A stretch of 64,000 bases of DNA from Camelus ferus (GCF_009834535.1 NC_045696.1:32304001-32368000), one strand, 5' to 3'; positions 1-12,208 are shown, counted from the stretch's first letter. Notes: generated by a model from the sequence alone, not told the origin. Made by a program: numbers and translations.

Positions 1-160
1 TAATATTGTTTTATTCATTGTAGGAAATGTACCATACTTCTTACAAATGTTCAAATGTTAATAGCAGGAAAAATTGTGTGGGGATAGAGGGGTTAATGGG
101 AACTCCTTGTACTTTCTGTATAATTTTTCTGTAAACTTAATAAAACAGTCTATTACAAAT
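1..160 (+). mobile_element. Ancient L1 (L1MC/L1MD-like) 3' UTR end
   Basis: 'aaatgtaccatac...gggaactccttgtactttctgtataatttttctgtaaac' resembles the recalled L1MC/MD 3' terminal consensus; truncated by the window start. Confidence 0.7.
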
Positions 161-608
161 ACATAGGAAACAAAAAGTGCTTTAATGTAGTCTCTACCCT
201 TCTTTCCAATACTGATATTTGCTCATTGTTTTATGCATATTAAAGAGACAGTGCAGATGAGATTTGATTAATTTTATTGAATATGCTAAGAAACATAACT
301 TTTTACTTATTTCTACTTCATTGATAATAGATCTTGAAAAACAAGAGCTAGAAATAAAATCTCCAGTAGTTTAGGAAGATTCTTTCTGGAAAAAATTAAA
401 AGTAGCATTGTTAATACTGACCTGTTTCACAAAATATATTATTAGTCAAATTAGGAATATGAATCACTATTAATAAAGTCTAATATAAATAATTTAAAGT
501 ATTGTGTCATTAGTAAAAATATTTATTCATAAAAACTTAGAATTAATTTTACAAATATTGTAGCGTGTTTGCCACTCTCAGCAAACCAATATACGAATGT
601 TACCTGGA

Positions 609-830
609 ATTTACTGAGTACTTACCTATGCCAATCACCATTCTGAAGTTCTGTATGGACCATCTCAGGTAATCCTCAAACTTTACCACTTAATTAAGCA
701 CTATTATCCCTATTTTACAGATTAGAATGCCTGGGCTCTACAGAAAGTAGTAAATTTTGCAGGGTTCCACAGATAGCAAGTGGTAGAACAGGATTTGAAC
801 TCTGATTATACAGTCACTACACTGAATAGT
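609..830 (-). mobile_element. MIR SINE
   Basis: 'tattatccctattttacagattaga...gggttccacagatagcaagtggtagaacaggatttgaactc' is the reverse complement of the MIR core and head. Confidence 0.85.
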
Positions 831-1789
831 TAACTGCTGCGTTACCTTCCACCATCCACCATTGCGGCCTCTCTTTTATTTCAAACACTTACATATGTAT
901 GGTATTGAGATAAATTGTCTACACAGGGAATATTAAATGAGCTACATAATTACAGTGGCGTGTTCATAGAATTTGAGGTTAGGCTTGTGAAATGTTCTTG
1001 TTAAACAACTGTAGAAAACATAACAGTAGAATAAAATTTATAATCCAAAAGCTAGTCTGAACTAATGAGCTCTGTGTGGTGAACACTGGGTGTGACAGTT
1101 ATGCTGTCACTTTCACTCTCAAACATCAGTTCTCTGGTCTATATTATTATGAGTGGCATCTATCAGTCTGTCTCTGTCTCTCTTTCTCTCTCTCTCATTC
1201 TCCTACTATATAATCTGTAACAAAGAGAGATGGAGGCCAAATCTCTAAACTGAAAAACTAGTCACATCCCCCTTCGAGATGAAATCAAATATAGGATCCT
1301 TCATGCGGATGGCTCTTTGACATTTCCACTGTAATAACTCTGGACATTTTCTGACCACAATCATTGGCTCTATTGCTTTTTGATCAGGTGTCGCCTGCCC
1401 TCATGAAAGGCTGAGTGACATTTGGCCTCCTGGGACCTCTATACATTGGAGTCTGTATGAGTGACAACAAAACTTGTAGTGCAACCCTAAATTCTATTTA
1501 CTTTGGAATTCTATTCAAGTGGACTATCAAAAAAATACCCAAATAATGTCTTCCCAATCCTGATCATCAGGGTCTATGCTGTATTTTGATGCAAGAATTA
1601 TCAATTGCTGCAATGATAAATTGTAAAACACAAAATTGATATACTGTTAAAAGCACTGCATTTGATTCAATTTGCTCTTCTTTTAATAATTGATGTAAAT
1701 ATTTATAGACATTCATTTTTTAACCTACATTTTATAATAATTTCATTAACATCCTCAGAAGTTGTATTAGGGTTTTTATTTTCACTATA

Positions 1790-2290
1790 ATTTCATTACA
1801 ATTACATATTATTTTGGGCTGTCATCTCACCATGGCAAAATCTCTCTCTAAATTTGTTTCTTGGTATCTTTTATAGATATTCTTCCCATCTTTTTGCTTT
1901 TTTTGCCTTTGTAATAACATCTCAAATTATGTTTTCTGTCGTATTTTTTGGTGAATAATTGATGAGAAAGTATAGTAGATTTTTAAAAGTTGATTCTGTA
2001 GGCAACCATGCTGAAGGCTTTTATTTGTTCTCTTTAAGTCCTGTTAGATCATCCCTATGGATGTTTCAGGGTATGTTGGCCTGCATCTGTTGTTATCTGC
2101 TCTCCAACCATGTCAGTTTCTATTGCTTCCCTGTTGTTACCCAATTGAAACCTGGCTGGCATTAGGAGTTCTCTGCCTCATAATATTTTCGGGATGGATG
2201 ATGTTATTCCCAGGGCATTGTGGGAGAAAAAAGTACAACTCACAGTTGACCCAGCTAATCATCCATCTGTAGTAAAAGATGGTGCTAGCC
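1790..2290 (-). mobile_element. Highly decayed old L1 (L1ME-like) fragment
   Basis: T-rich run with antisense L1-like phrases ('gttgattctgtaggcaaccatgctgaa', 'ctgcatctgttg'); subfamily and limits uncertain. Confidence 0.4.
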
Positions 2291-3109
2291 CCTATTGAAC
2301 TCCTTGCTGCTTCTCCCCACAAAGGACCAAATACCTCTGTCCCCTCAGGTGTCCTTCCATACATTAATATTAGTTATTGGGATTGTTAATATTCCTCACT
2401 TCTGTAGCATCTCTTACATTATAATTGGGAGAGAGATTAAGATATCCATTCTACGCATAACTAACTATACAAAATGCAAAGAATATTTGTACAAAAGTAT
2501 CTTTTTTACTGGAGGTTTTTTTTGTATTGTGATTATATTAAAATATTTCATTTGCCTATTTTTCTAAAGTTTACTTTTAAATAACATGTGGACTTGTGGA
2601 GCTAATTGTAAAATATGAAAATGTATGCTATTTTTACTACTTGTGTTCTTCTAAACTCTTTTTGAGTAGAAAGATGAGATTGTGGTTTAAATATTTTTTT
2701 TTAAATCACTAATATATAGTTAACATTAATTTGGAGACTCACGGACAGAACTCTTTACATGTATGACAAGCTATGCTGCAAATGGGTCTTCCATACCAAC
2801 CATCATTAGCTCTTTCTCTACACACATATTAGTGTATTTCAAGGTATTGATGGATCCTGTGTGAGAAAAGTCATTGATGAGATTGATGTAAGTATAAGTG
2901 GGGACTTCAGTGACAGAGGAGTCCTTAGCAGTAAGGGCTGTAGAAAGAGAAGCAATAAAATAATCCCTTCTCTTAGGAGGTCACTTTCTGGCATGAATGA
3001 AACTGTACTAGACTTTAAGCAACTCCAGATAGTTGTATAGAAACTAGTATTTTAAATAGGCCCTTAAGCAATATTTGCTGAATGGGTAGTTAATATTTAT
3101 TAAACAATA

Positions 3110-3265
3110 TTTGATGAGGGCTGTTATGGCCATTTTGAAGATTAGGCAACTGAGGCTTAGAGCTGTCATTTTCCCCAAGGCCACACAAATACCAGAGGTC
3201 AGAGAGTAGTATTCAAACTCAGACCAGCCGAACTCCAGAGTGTTACAGCTCTTAACTGCTAGACT
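3110..3265 (-). mobile_element. MIR SINE
   Basis: 'gccattttgaagattaggcaactgaggcttagag...cccaaggccacaca...attcaaactcag...actccagag' matches antisense MIR. Confidence 0.85.
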
Positions 3266-3961
3266 AGACAGAAAGAAGGGAACGCAGGGTGCTAGGAGGG
3301 TGAGATCAACTCTTAGTGAAAACTGTAAATATCTATTAGGATTAAATTTGCCTGCATGTATTAGAAACATGGATTTAAATAATATATCATTCCCAGTGAT
3401 TTGTGGTTTAAAAGTAATCTCTAAGAAAAACTAATTTCATTACAGAGCTTATTCCCAATTTTATAGGAAAAACTATCAGGATACGTGTCTGTGTTACCTC
3501 ACAGTGATGACAACTTTTCATTCTATATATAATGGAAAAATTGACCAGATTTGAAAAACATCTTACAACTAGACAACTGAAAACTTACTCTGATTAATTA
3601 AATTAATTCTAATAACCACTTATGTAAATAATACAAGTTCTAAGTCAACATAATTGCATGCCACTTTAATTGTTCATCTCTCTTATTAAAATTTTTTTAG
3701 TTATTAAAAAGATTGTGCTTCTTAAATAAAGTGGATTTCAAGTATCAAAGCATCAAATTTTATACTTTCATGTACTATGCTTTTTATAAACATGAGGAGG
3801 TAAATACATATTTTATGGGGGAGAGTTTTGGAGGATTTTGAAAATACTGATCTTTAATGATCAGTGTAGTTGTTTGGAAAGTGATTGTCATATAATTAAT
3901 TACCATTCTCCCTTTAAAATTGGCTTTGAATTATTGTATTTTATTTGATTTTTTTGAAAAA

Positions 3962-4138
3962 TACTTTGGGTTCTAACACTAGTCCCACCATTTACCACTA
4001 TTATGTTTTTTTAATATAAAAATAGAAATAATAATAACATCTCTTGATAGCACTATTTTCAGGATTAACTGATACAGTTTATGAAAATCTTCTCTTCTGG
4101 CTTGGTACATTATAAATTCAAGATATGTAGCTATTTTT
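3962..4138 (+). mobile_element. MIR SINE (decayed)
   Basis: 'tgggttctaacactagtcccaccatttacca...aaaatagaaataataataacatct...aggattaactga...gcttggtacattata' follows MIR order. Confidence 0.6.
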
Positions 4139-4405
4139 CTAAAAATATATCAATTTTTATTGGCAATAAAATCATTTACTATTGTGCTAATTTCTCAAGG
4201 AGAGGAAAGAACCCTCTAACTCTCCAGAATTTTCCTTAAAAACTTACCAGTTTGCCATAATTTACATCCTAGAAGGGAATACAATCTCATTTTAATGAGT
4301 ATATAGTAAACAACTAATTTCTGTACGTTATTTTTCACTTCTTATGTCAAGTTTTGTAATTTCAGATCAAACCATTCTCATCATTTTAATACTTATTTGT
4401 GACAG

Positions 4406-4496
4406 GGAAAAACGATGTAGAAAGAATTCCGGAAAGAAAACAATGTGGTCTCAGACCACTGAAGAACAGCAACTTCTGGTGATTCAGCTCCCGGAG
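4406..4496 (+). other. FOXP2: Candidate 91-nt non-coding (5'UTR) internal exon; tentatively the FOXP2 upstream exon s3 ortholog
   Basis: Seen: acceptor 'ttctcatcattttaatacttatttgtgacAG' (4404-4405), purine-rich body with 3 CpGs, and donor GAG|GTTAGA at 4497. The gene name rests only on my recollection of a 91-nt upstream untranslated FOXP2 exon of similar sequence, plus the exon-free ~59 kb that follows. It is not database-verified. The exon itself is better supported (~0.7) than the name. Confidence 0.45.
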
Positions 4497-4739
4497 GTTA
4501 GAGGAGTGAAGTAATAATTTCCCTTGGGATAACCTGTCTTTCCTCTGAGCTCTTTGAATGTAGGGAAAGGCCCAAAGGGAAAAGTCAAGTAGCTGATCAA
4601 CAGCTTAGATGACAGTGAACAAATACTTGACTAGAACATTTGTTTTAATTAAGTAATTTGATAAAGTATTGTCCAAGGTAATGCATTTGGAATATTAAGA
4701 TACTTTGTTCAGGTGGCTAAGTTGATTATTTCCTGCCAG

Positions 4740-4777
4740 GTTTGTTTGTTTGTTTGTTTACTTATTTATTTATTTTA
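4740..4777. repeat. (GTTT)n/(ATTT)n simple repeat
   Basis: gtttgtttgtttgtttgtttacttatttatttatttt seen directly. Confidence 0.9.
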
Positions 4778-4955
4778 AGTAAGTTGACATAGAAAATAAA
4801 AGACCTTCCTAAAATCTTAACAATGTAAAATCCTCAAATATAATTGACTTTGCAAAATTGTTGTATAAATATACATATCAAAGTGCAAGGCAGTAAGGAA
4901 TGCCCTTTTATATTACGATGCTCCTTGAATGTAACAAAACATTAAGTATATTAAA

Positions 4956-5069
4956 TACTAACCATTATCCTTCTTTCTTTTCTCTTACAGGTGAGTAACT
5001 GAAGGTTAAAATCAGAGTTCCTGGATATGAAGTATTATATGCTTTTTTATTAGTGTCCTGTGGGTAAGT
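4956..5069 (+). promoter_or_regulatory. Candidate recursive splice site with 73-nt RS-exon (4991-5063)
   Basis: TACTAAC at 4956-4962, AG-free pyrimidine tract, CAG|GTGAGT at 4990/4991, downstream donor TGG|GTAAGT at 5063/5064. Confidence 0.55.
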
Positions 5070-6254
5070 AAAGAAACAGACTTGGCTTAAGCACCAGATT
5101 GAATGCTGAATCATGCAAAAGACATAAATTAGTGAGGAGTTGGGCACTCTGTCACTGGGAGACATGATCAAATATTGAAAACTATTTAAAGTTAGGCCCA
5201 TAAGTACTGAGGGCTGAATATTTTCTTATTTTTATGTTTTGTAATTGTGTCATTCAGAACTAGTATGCAAGTAAATTAGACTGCTTTATATTCGAATGCC
5301 AATGACTTGCTCTGATACAGTTAGTGTCAGTGGATGTTACTTCAAATGGAAGATTGTTTAAAAAATGTAACTGGAGATGTGATTTTGACTATTCCAGCTA
5401 TTAACACTGAAGAGTCTATAAAATGGTAAAAAATAAAATTATATTAAGTCTAGAAATAAACTGCTTTACTGAAAAACCTATAGAAATTAGATTTTTAATC
5501 TTGGAAATATGATAGATTTCATTTTTTTAACCAATGTAATATTAAATATAGATCAAATGGAGCACACTCACAGTGGGTTAATATTTAAGAACAAGATCTT
5601 GAGAGAAAATGAATCATTCTACTCTTAAAATCTAGTAGAAAAACCTTTCAAATTATTTTATTAAAAGGGCTTTTATAGAATTAGTTTGGGAATTGTTTTC
5701 TTTTGTCAGTCATTTTTTAACAAATGCTATTTGGTCCAAGTTATTAGAAGTATTTAAAATAAATGACTCTTCAAAAATCATTTAAAAGGAGAAAACAGCT
5801 TTTACTGTGAAATCCAAATGTCAGCAAAGGCTTCTTTACTAAATATATAATTGTATTCATGGAGGTTATTAGTGCACATTGAAATTTATGAGCTGGAAAT
5901 CTATTTCAAAAAATGAAAGTATTAGTTTCCTTAAAATTTGATTGTAGCATTAATAAATTATGTTATTTAAAGAATATATTCTGGAGAATGTATCCTTACG
6001 GTATGGATGAATGAATCATCAGATTTCTAATGTGATTGCATGATGCCATTTTGTAAGGAATTTTTTCTTTTCCTTTTCTTTGTCTGCTTCTGGTTTGCTA
6101 GCATTCATAAAATATGATATTGGTTTTGCTACCAAATTTAAGTAAAGTAAGATGATAAATATTTTAGACAAAAGTTTAGTTTTTTATATTGTTGCTTTAT
6201 TTAATATATTGTTAAGCATGGAAGAAGATAGAAAAGAACTAGGTATTTTTTTCT

Positions 6255-6356
6255 TTTTTAAAATTTTTTAAATTAATTAATTGATTTATTTAACATTTTT
6301 ATTGATTTATAATCATTTTACAATGTTGTGTCAAATTTCAGTGTAGAGTACAATTT
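6255..6356 (-). mobile_element. ~100-bp 5'-truncated camelid-type L1 with TSD
   Basis: T-rich tail then 'ttttattgatttataatcattttacaatgttgtgtcaaatttcagtgtagagtacaattt'; flanked by actaggtatttttt(t)ct at 6238-6254 and 6357-6372. Confidence 0.85.
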
Positions 6357-8329
6357 ACTAGGTATTTTTTCTATGTTTACATTTATGACTTTGTGTTTCT
6401 TGGCATGATATATTTTTTAATATGAAAAAAGCTATTTCTTGAAATGATTTACTTGTGATAGGATTATGTATTTACTTTAATTCCTGAAAATTATTTGTGA
6501 AGTTTATAGAAATTAACAAAATGCGTACCAGTGCTATCATGTCTCAACTTCTGATGTAATACTCTTGTCCATAAAATACTTAATTGGACCAACATCAATA
6601 ACATATTCAAGCTCATCAGTCTAGGGTAATGGCTCTTATTTTGGTGGTGATTAATATGACAAAATGAATGATCTGGGGACACTTCTAATAGGGAACTTGT
6701 CCCTGAGTTTGGTACAGCATTCTCAAGGGGACAAATCTACCAGGTTAGTTCTTCTGAGATTAAGCTGTTTCAAAATTCTGCTTATTTTCTCAGTCTGCTA
6801 GGACACCTAGTAAAGAAGGTTTTGTTTTGGATGATATATACACCTATTATTTCAAAATTTGTCATCATTTTAATGTTATCACAATATTTACTCATAAATA
6901 TTTGGGGCTAAATTGTCAAAATTTGATGAAGTAGCATAAATTTTGAGCATATAGAAAAGTAAGATAAGTGTTGGAATTGAACCTCTTTTATTTTTTGAGA
7001 ATTAGTTCCTAGGCATCCATGTGTTTAATTATAAGTGTATAGATTTAACTTACTCTTGAGATTGACAGGAAAGCAGCAATAAAATTTTATTAAGCATCAT
7101 AAACCTACAAGTATGACCTCCATGTAACATCAACAAAAGTCCAGAGCTTCAAAAATAAGAGAATATTGAAAAGCAGATTAGACTAGATGATGATAGGACA
7201 TTCATTGCTGATGAAATGCATGATAAGGCTTTGATTTTAGGGAACATTCGGCTTTATGAAAAGAAATGCTCTGGGGAGAAGAATTACAGTAGGCACAAGT
7301 TTTTAAAAGACAGTTTAAAGTTGATATGTAATACACAGGAGACTTTAGATAACTGAAATATTTTTCATTCAATGAAAATTCAGTTTTCATCCAAAATGTA
7401 CTTGGCTTATAAAATAGACTCTTAGGATAATATCAACTGACTGATGTTCTTTGTTCAAGAATGGGCAGTAATCTTAGTTTAGATGTTCAGCTGGTCAACA
7501 AAACATAGTTGATAAAATAATTTAGGTTAATTATACCAGTAGATACTATCATCAAAATTATTAAAGATATTCATTTTTTGGTAGATATATATTATCAAAA
7601 AGCACATTTTCTATTAATTTCAAATTTAAATAAGCTAAAAAATATCCTCATCTCTTTTAGGCATATGGTTTAATTAATTTTAAAAAATTACATTTCTGGA
7701 GAATTATATTCTGTGAAGGAAAAGCTAAATGCATCTACTCTATCCAGAACTAGCATACTAGAAATTTACTTGAAAATATTCACAATCCAATCTTCCTCTC
7801 TAGACCTTTCTTTTGAGTATCTTGTGAAAGGTGATTCAGCTGATAATAATAGAACAGCTGCATGCCCAAGATAACATCCCTTAGTCAAGAATCTTATTTC
7901 TTATATAGTTAAGGAAATCAAAATTTCAATTTGAATATTTCTTATATACTATTTGGGACTCAGGAGAGTTTTTATATAAAGTATTTCTAAGTATTCTCAT
8001 GAAGTAGTGTATATAAAACTTTTCTACGTGGACTTCTCAACTATCTATATAAAAACATGTTATAGGATGTCAAATTAATACCATATAAGTTCTCTTTTTT
8101 TTTTCTGTTAAGTTGTATGTATTTCTTTTTGTTGTTACATTTGCTCTGAGTTTTTTTGTTGTTGTTTGTTTTTTGTTTTTAATATAGGGGGAGGTTTGTG
8201 TTTTCAGAGTGGTGAAAAGGACAGTATTGCTATATAGTCCTCACTTTGTAAATAAGCTAGATTTTATTTGGAAAATATAAAGCTTATTGTTTAAAGAAAC
8301 ATCATAAAATTCACTTCTCACCTTTACAA

Positions 8330-8373
8330 ATACATATATATGTATGTATGTATGTGTATATATATATATATAT
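8330..8373. repeat. (TA)n/(TATG)n microsatellite
   Basis: Seen directly. Confidence 0.9.
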
Positions 8374-8424
8374 TTCTTTATTGTTTCAAGTCTAATGACC
8401 GTGTATTAAGACTACCACATATCT

Positions 8425-8720
8425 GGAGAAAAAGGAACTCTCCTGAACTTTCAGTAGAATCGAAAATTAGTGCAGCCATTATGGAAAACAGTATGGAGGT
8501 TCAAAAAAAAAAAGGTTGCCATGTGATCCAGAAATTTCACTTTGAGGTATTTACCTGAAGAAAACAAAATACAAATTTGAATACATGTACTCCATTGTTC
8601 ACTGCAGCATTATTTACACTAGCCAAGATTTGGAAGCAACCTTAGTCTTATGGATAGATGAATGGATAAAAAATAGATGTGTGTGTATATATGCATATAT
8701 ATGTATACACACATCTCTTT

Positions 8721-8752
<32 letters not shown>

Positions 8753-9213
8753 ACATGAAATATTACTCAGCCATTAAAATGCATTCTTGCCATTTGTGAC
8801 AAGATAGATGGATCTAGAGAATATTATGCAAAGTGAAATAAGTCAAAGACAAATAATGTATGATCTAACTTATATAGGGAATCTAAAAAACAAAACAAAC
8901 CAAATAAAAACAAACTCACAGATACAGAGAAAGAAAGAGTTCCAGAGGGGAGGGGGAGAGTAGGAGAGTTAGGGGCAAAATAAGTAAAAGGGATTAAAAG
9001 ATAGAAACCTCCAATTATAAAATTAATAAACCACAGGAATGTAACATACAGTGTAAGAAGTATGGTGTATAATACTGTAATAACTTAGTATGGGGACAGG
9101 TGGTTGCTAGAGTTATCATGGTGAATATCTCAAAGTATACAAATGTCAAATCACGGTGTAGCACACTTGAAATTAACATAATATTGTACATCAACTATAT
9201 TTCAATTTTAAAA
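8425..9213 (+). mobile_element. 5'-truncated L1 (ORF2 C-terminal remnant + 3'UTR; laurasiatherian L1MA-lineage) with 17-bp TSD
   Basis: 'ggagaaaaaggaactc...gtgcagccattatggaaaacagtatggagg', 'ttcactgcagcattatttac', 'tatgcaaagtgaaataagtca'; TSD aagactaccaca[t/g]atct at 8408-8424 and 9214-9230; TT/AAGA nick site; internal (TA)n at ~8678-8752. Confidence 0.92.
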
Positions 9214-10046
9214 AAGACTACCACAGATCTTTTTTAACGTATTAATAAATAACCAAATTTTAAAATATTGAACAAATTTTGAAAAGATTAAAAATCACTA
9301 GGGATTTTTTGATACTGGCTTTTTGGTCCTCTGAATATTTAATTGATTCTTTACCTTAGGAGATGCTCAGGTTTTAATATTATCTTGCCAGTGTAGATTC
9401 ACTAGTAATTATTTTTTTTTTAAATCATAAAGTCAAAGCCTAAATAATGGTGCATGATGCCAGTTCTGACAGTTCAAATCTGAACTTTTGTTCGTAAAAA
9501 ATAATTTTCAATATTGTTCCTCCTCTCATATGGTTATTTTACTTTTTTTTTAATGATGCAATTCATTACTCATTGCTCCTCAAAAGACCTGAAATTACTA
9601 CATGCCAATGACCTTGTTTTATTGAGAATAGAGTCAAAATATGTGATCAAAAATTAAACTTTAAATGAATGAAAATAACTCACATTGGTATACTGAGACA
9701 TCATATTTCTGCTGCATTTTAATAGCATTGCATATGTTTGACCTTAGTTACTAACAAATATTTATGAATGATTTGCTTAATGGATGATGTTTTCTAGAGT
9801 TCTAGATGTTGTTCAATGAAAACTACAAGGCAGTATGTATCTTTATAGCATGATGTGTCTGGTTCTTATGAAATTTCTTGATTTCTCATCAGGAATGTAA
9901 GATAATGTAACTTAAGTTATTCTACTTTTCACATAGGTGTGTGCCCAACTGATTAGAAGGTCATTTCTAAAGAACTGTCATTCATATATTAATATTGTCA
10001 AGTGGTACTCCTTTATTACTAAAAGCACTAATTACTTGCCTCAAAG

Positions 10047-10120
10047 TAATAATACTTTGCATTTGTAAAGTACTTTTATGCTCTTCAAAGTGATTTTGCA
10101 TGCATTATCTCATTTGGTCT
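10047..10120 (-). mobile_element. MIR 3' fragment
   Basis: 'gcatttgtaaagtactttta...ttcaaagtgattttgcatgcattatctcatttggtctt' resembles the antisense MIRb/MIRc tail. Confidence 0.55.
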
Positions 10121-11989
10121 TAAAAGAGGGAGCCTGCTCATTAAATTGTCCAGATGGAGTGAGGAATCAGAGTGTTCAGCCATAACTAATGTCCCCTCAA
10201 ACCAAGGTGAATACATATCTGGTAGGGACCTGTCTATAATAAAGAAAGGGGAAAAAAAATCAACTTCCCTGGTTATATTAGAATCAGAATTTCTCAAAAT
10301 AGGCCCACTGTCCTCTTCATGTACTTTGCATAATCCTTTCTTCCCAGGTTAGTTACTGTCAGAACAAAATTCAGAAATCAGTGTATTCTGATAGATCAGA
10401 CCTAATCATCTTCATTATTGTTGTTATTTAAATATTTAATATTCAAATATTTATATTAAAAAGCATTATGAAATTGATTATTTAAATCCCAAACATATTG
10501 TGCATTCCTTCCTCTAACATCTTATAGAAAAATGGACTGTAGTAATTGGATATTGTTAAAGATCAGAAGCTAAATTTTAGAGTATTTTCTACACTGAAGA
10601 GCCATAATCTGAGTCTCTTACATTGCTAAAAAAAATCTCCTACACTAAATACAGATTTCCTTTTAAATATGTATAAAAGTCATTTTATCTATGAAAAGGT
10701 TGGGTACATAGCTAATCATGCTGACCACCTTTTCAGTCTCTAGTTTATTATAACAAATAGTGTGGCAAAAATTTCAGCAACATGCAAGGGCTGTGTACTT
10801 GACTGAAGGATAATGTCTCTCTTGGGTCCTTTTGAATAAAGAGAGGTAAAACCTCAGCCAAAAACCTTGCACGGTAAAAGGTTTTAAAATAAGCATCGAT
10901 TGAACTTCCTCTGGCTCAACTTATTGAAACCAAATATGAAAATATTTTTATTTATCTATCTTTGGCAGCTCCAGATTAAATAATATTGGATAAAATTGTA
11001 AAGTTTTATTTTGATTTTTTATTGACCTTGCAAAAAAGGAAAGTATTCTGAAAACAAAGTTTCTGCAGAATACTTTGCGTTATGTTTGTAACAATTTCAC
11101 TATTATTTCTTGTTAGCCATTATTTTTCATTTTCAAAGCTATGATTTAGAGCAAAAGCGTAAGTATAAATCTTTGGAATCAATTTAGTTCCTTTCCACTG
11201 CAGGCTGCCATTCCAAAGTAGCTCTTTTTATAGGACCCTTGGGATGTCAGGTTTCTGAGGTCACTGAATCCATTCTATCTACTTGTTGAATAAGTCCTTC
11301 ACTCCCACACTTTTCACCATCCTGCTACCAAGCATTAATTTGCTAAAATTTTGAAAACTATAGGAAAATATTAATAGGCTTTAATTTTTTTTTACAAAGT
11401 CTTGCCAAGTATTGGAATTTGGAAGGTGATTAGAAATAGTATAGTTTGATTTTTTTTTTCTTGTAAAAGTATACATTGGCTAAATCCCTATTATTTTAAT
11501 CTATTTTACAAAAGACAAAAATAATACCTAGAAAACAGTGTCAGTCTTGAGTCATACAATAGCTGTTCCTACATGATTCTTTATAAGTGGGAGTCTTGCC
11601 AGGAAAACTAGACAATCCTTTACATAACTAGGGAAATCCAGGCAACCATACTGAAGTTGTCATGTGAACCATCAAAGAAAAATGATCCTGGAGTATTTCT
11701 TAAATCTGGATCAGCTTTGTGGATTCCAGAACATGTAATAAAACCCTAAAACAGTTGGAGAGTAAACTAAATACCCACTAAATGAGAATTCAGCCTGAGA
11801 CTTTCCTCTTCATCCACGTTTGTGTGTGTCTAGGTGGTGTCCCTTAGACTTGACCATTTGACCAGTATTCAAGGGTAAATGATTCTTTGCTAATCTAGTC
11901 ACCTGTTAAACTTATTTCTACCTTTCTTCCTCAAATTCAATGGCATGTAAATCGCTTGCAATTAAAAATGACTATTTATAAATATATTA

Positions 11990-12208
11990 ACTATAATATA
12001 TTAACTACCATGTGCCAAACAGTATGCTATATGCATTGCATATTCAGCCTCCCAAGAGCCAAACAAGAGAGAGGTTAATAACTTGTCTGTGAATGATAGT
12101 GGCTCATGGTGGTAAATTAAAAGCCAGAGGTCACCTAGCTAGCAAGTGGTGATGAGGGAATTAAAATCCAGATTTGTGTCATTACAAAGTCTATGCTTTC
12201 CCTCTACA
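11990..12208 (-). mobile_element. MIR SINE (rearranged)
   Basis: 'taccatgtgccaaacagtatgcta', 'agagaggttaataacttg', 'aggtcacctagctagcaagtggtga'. Confidence 0.75.

Noticed and set aside
1092..1110. Hairpin gtgacag-ttatg-ctgtcac (inverted TGACAG sites)
   Set aside because: A 7-bp stem is expected by chance in a window of this size.
4406..4496. Exon as protein-coding (EKRCRKNSGKKTMWSQTTEEQQLLVIQLPE)
   Set aside because: One frame is open, but the peptide is unrecognised and no partner coding exons are present. Treated as UTR/uORF; not fully excluded.
8340..8558. 72-aa ORF
   Set aside because: It is a microsatellite plus a decayed, frameshifted L1 ORF2 remnant.
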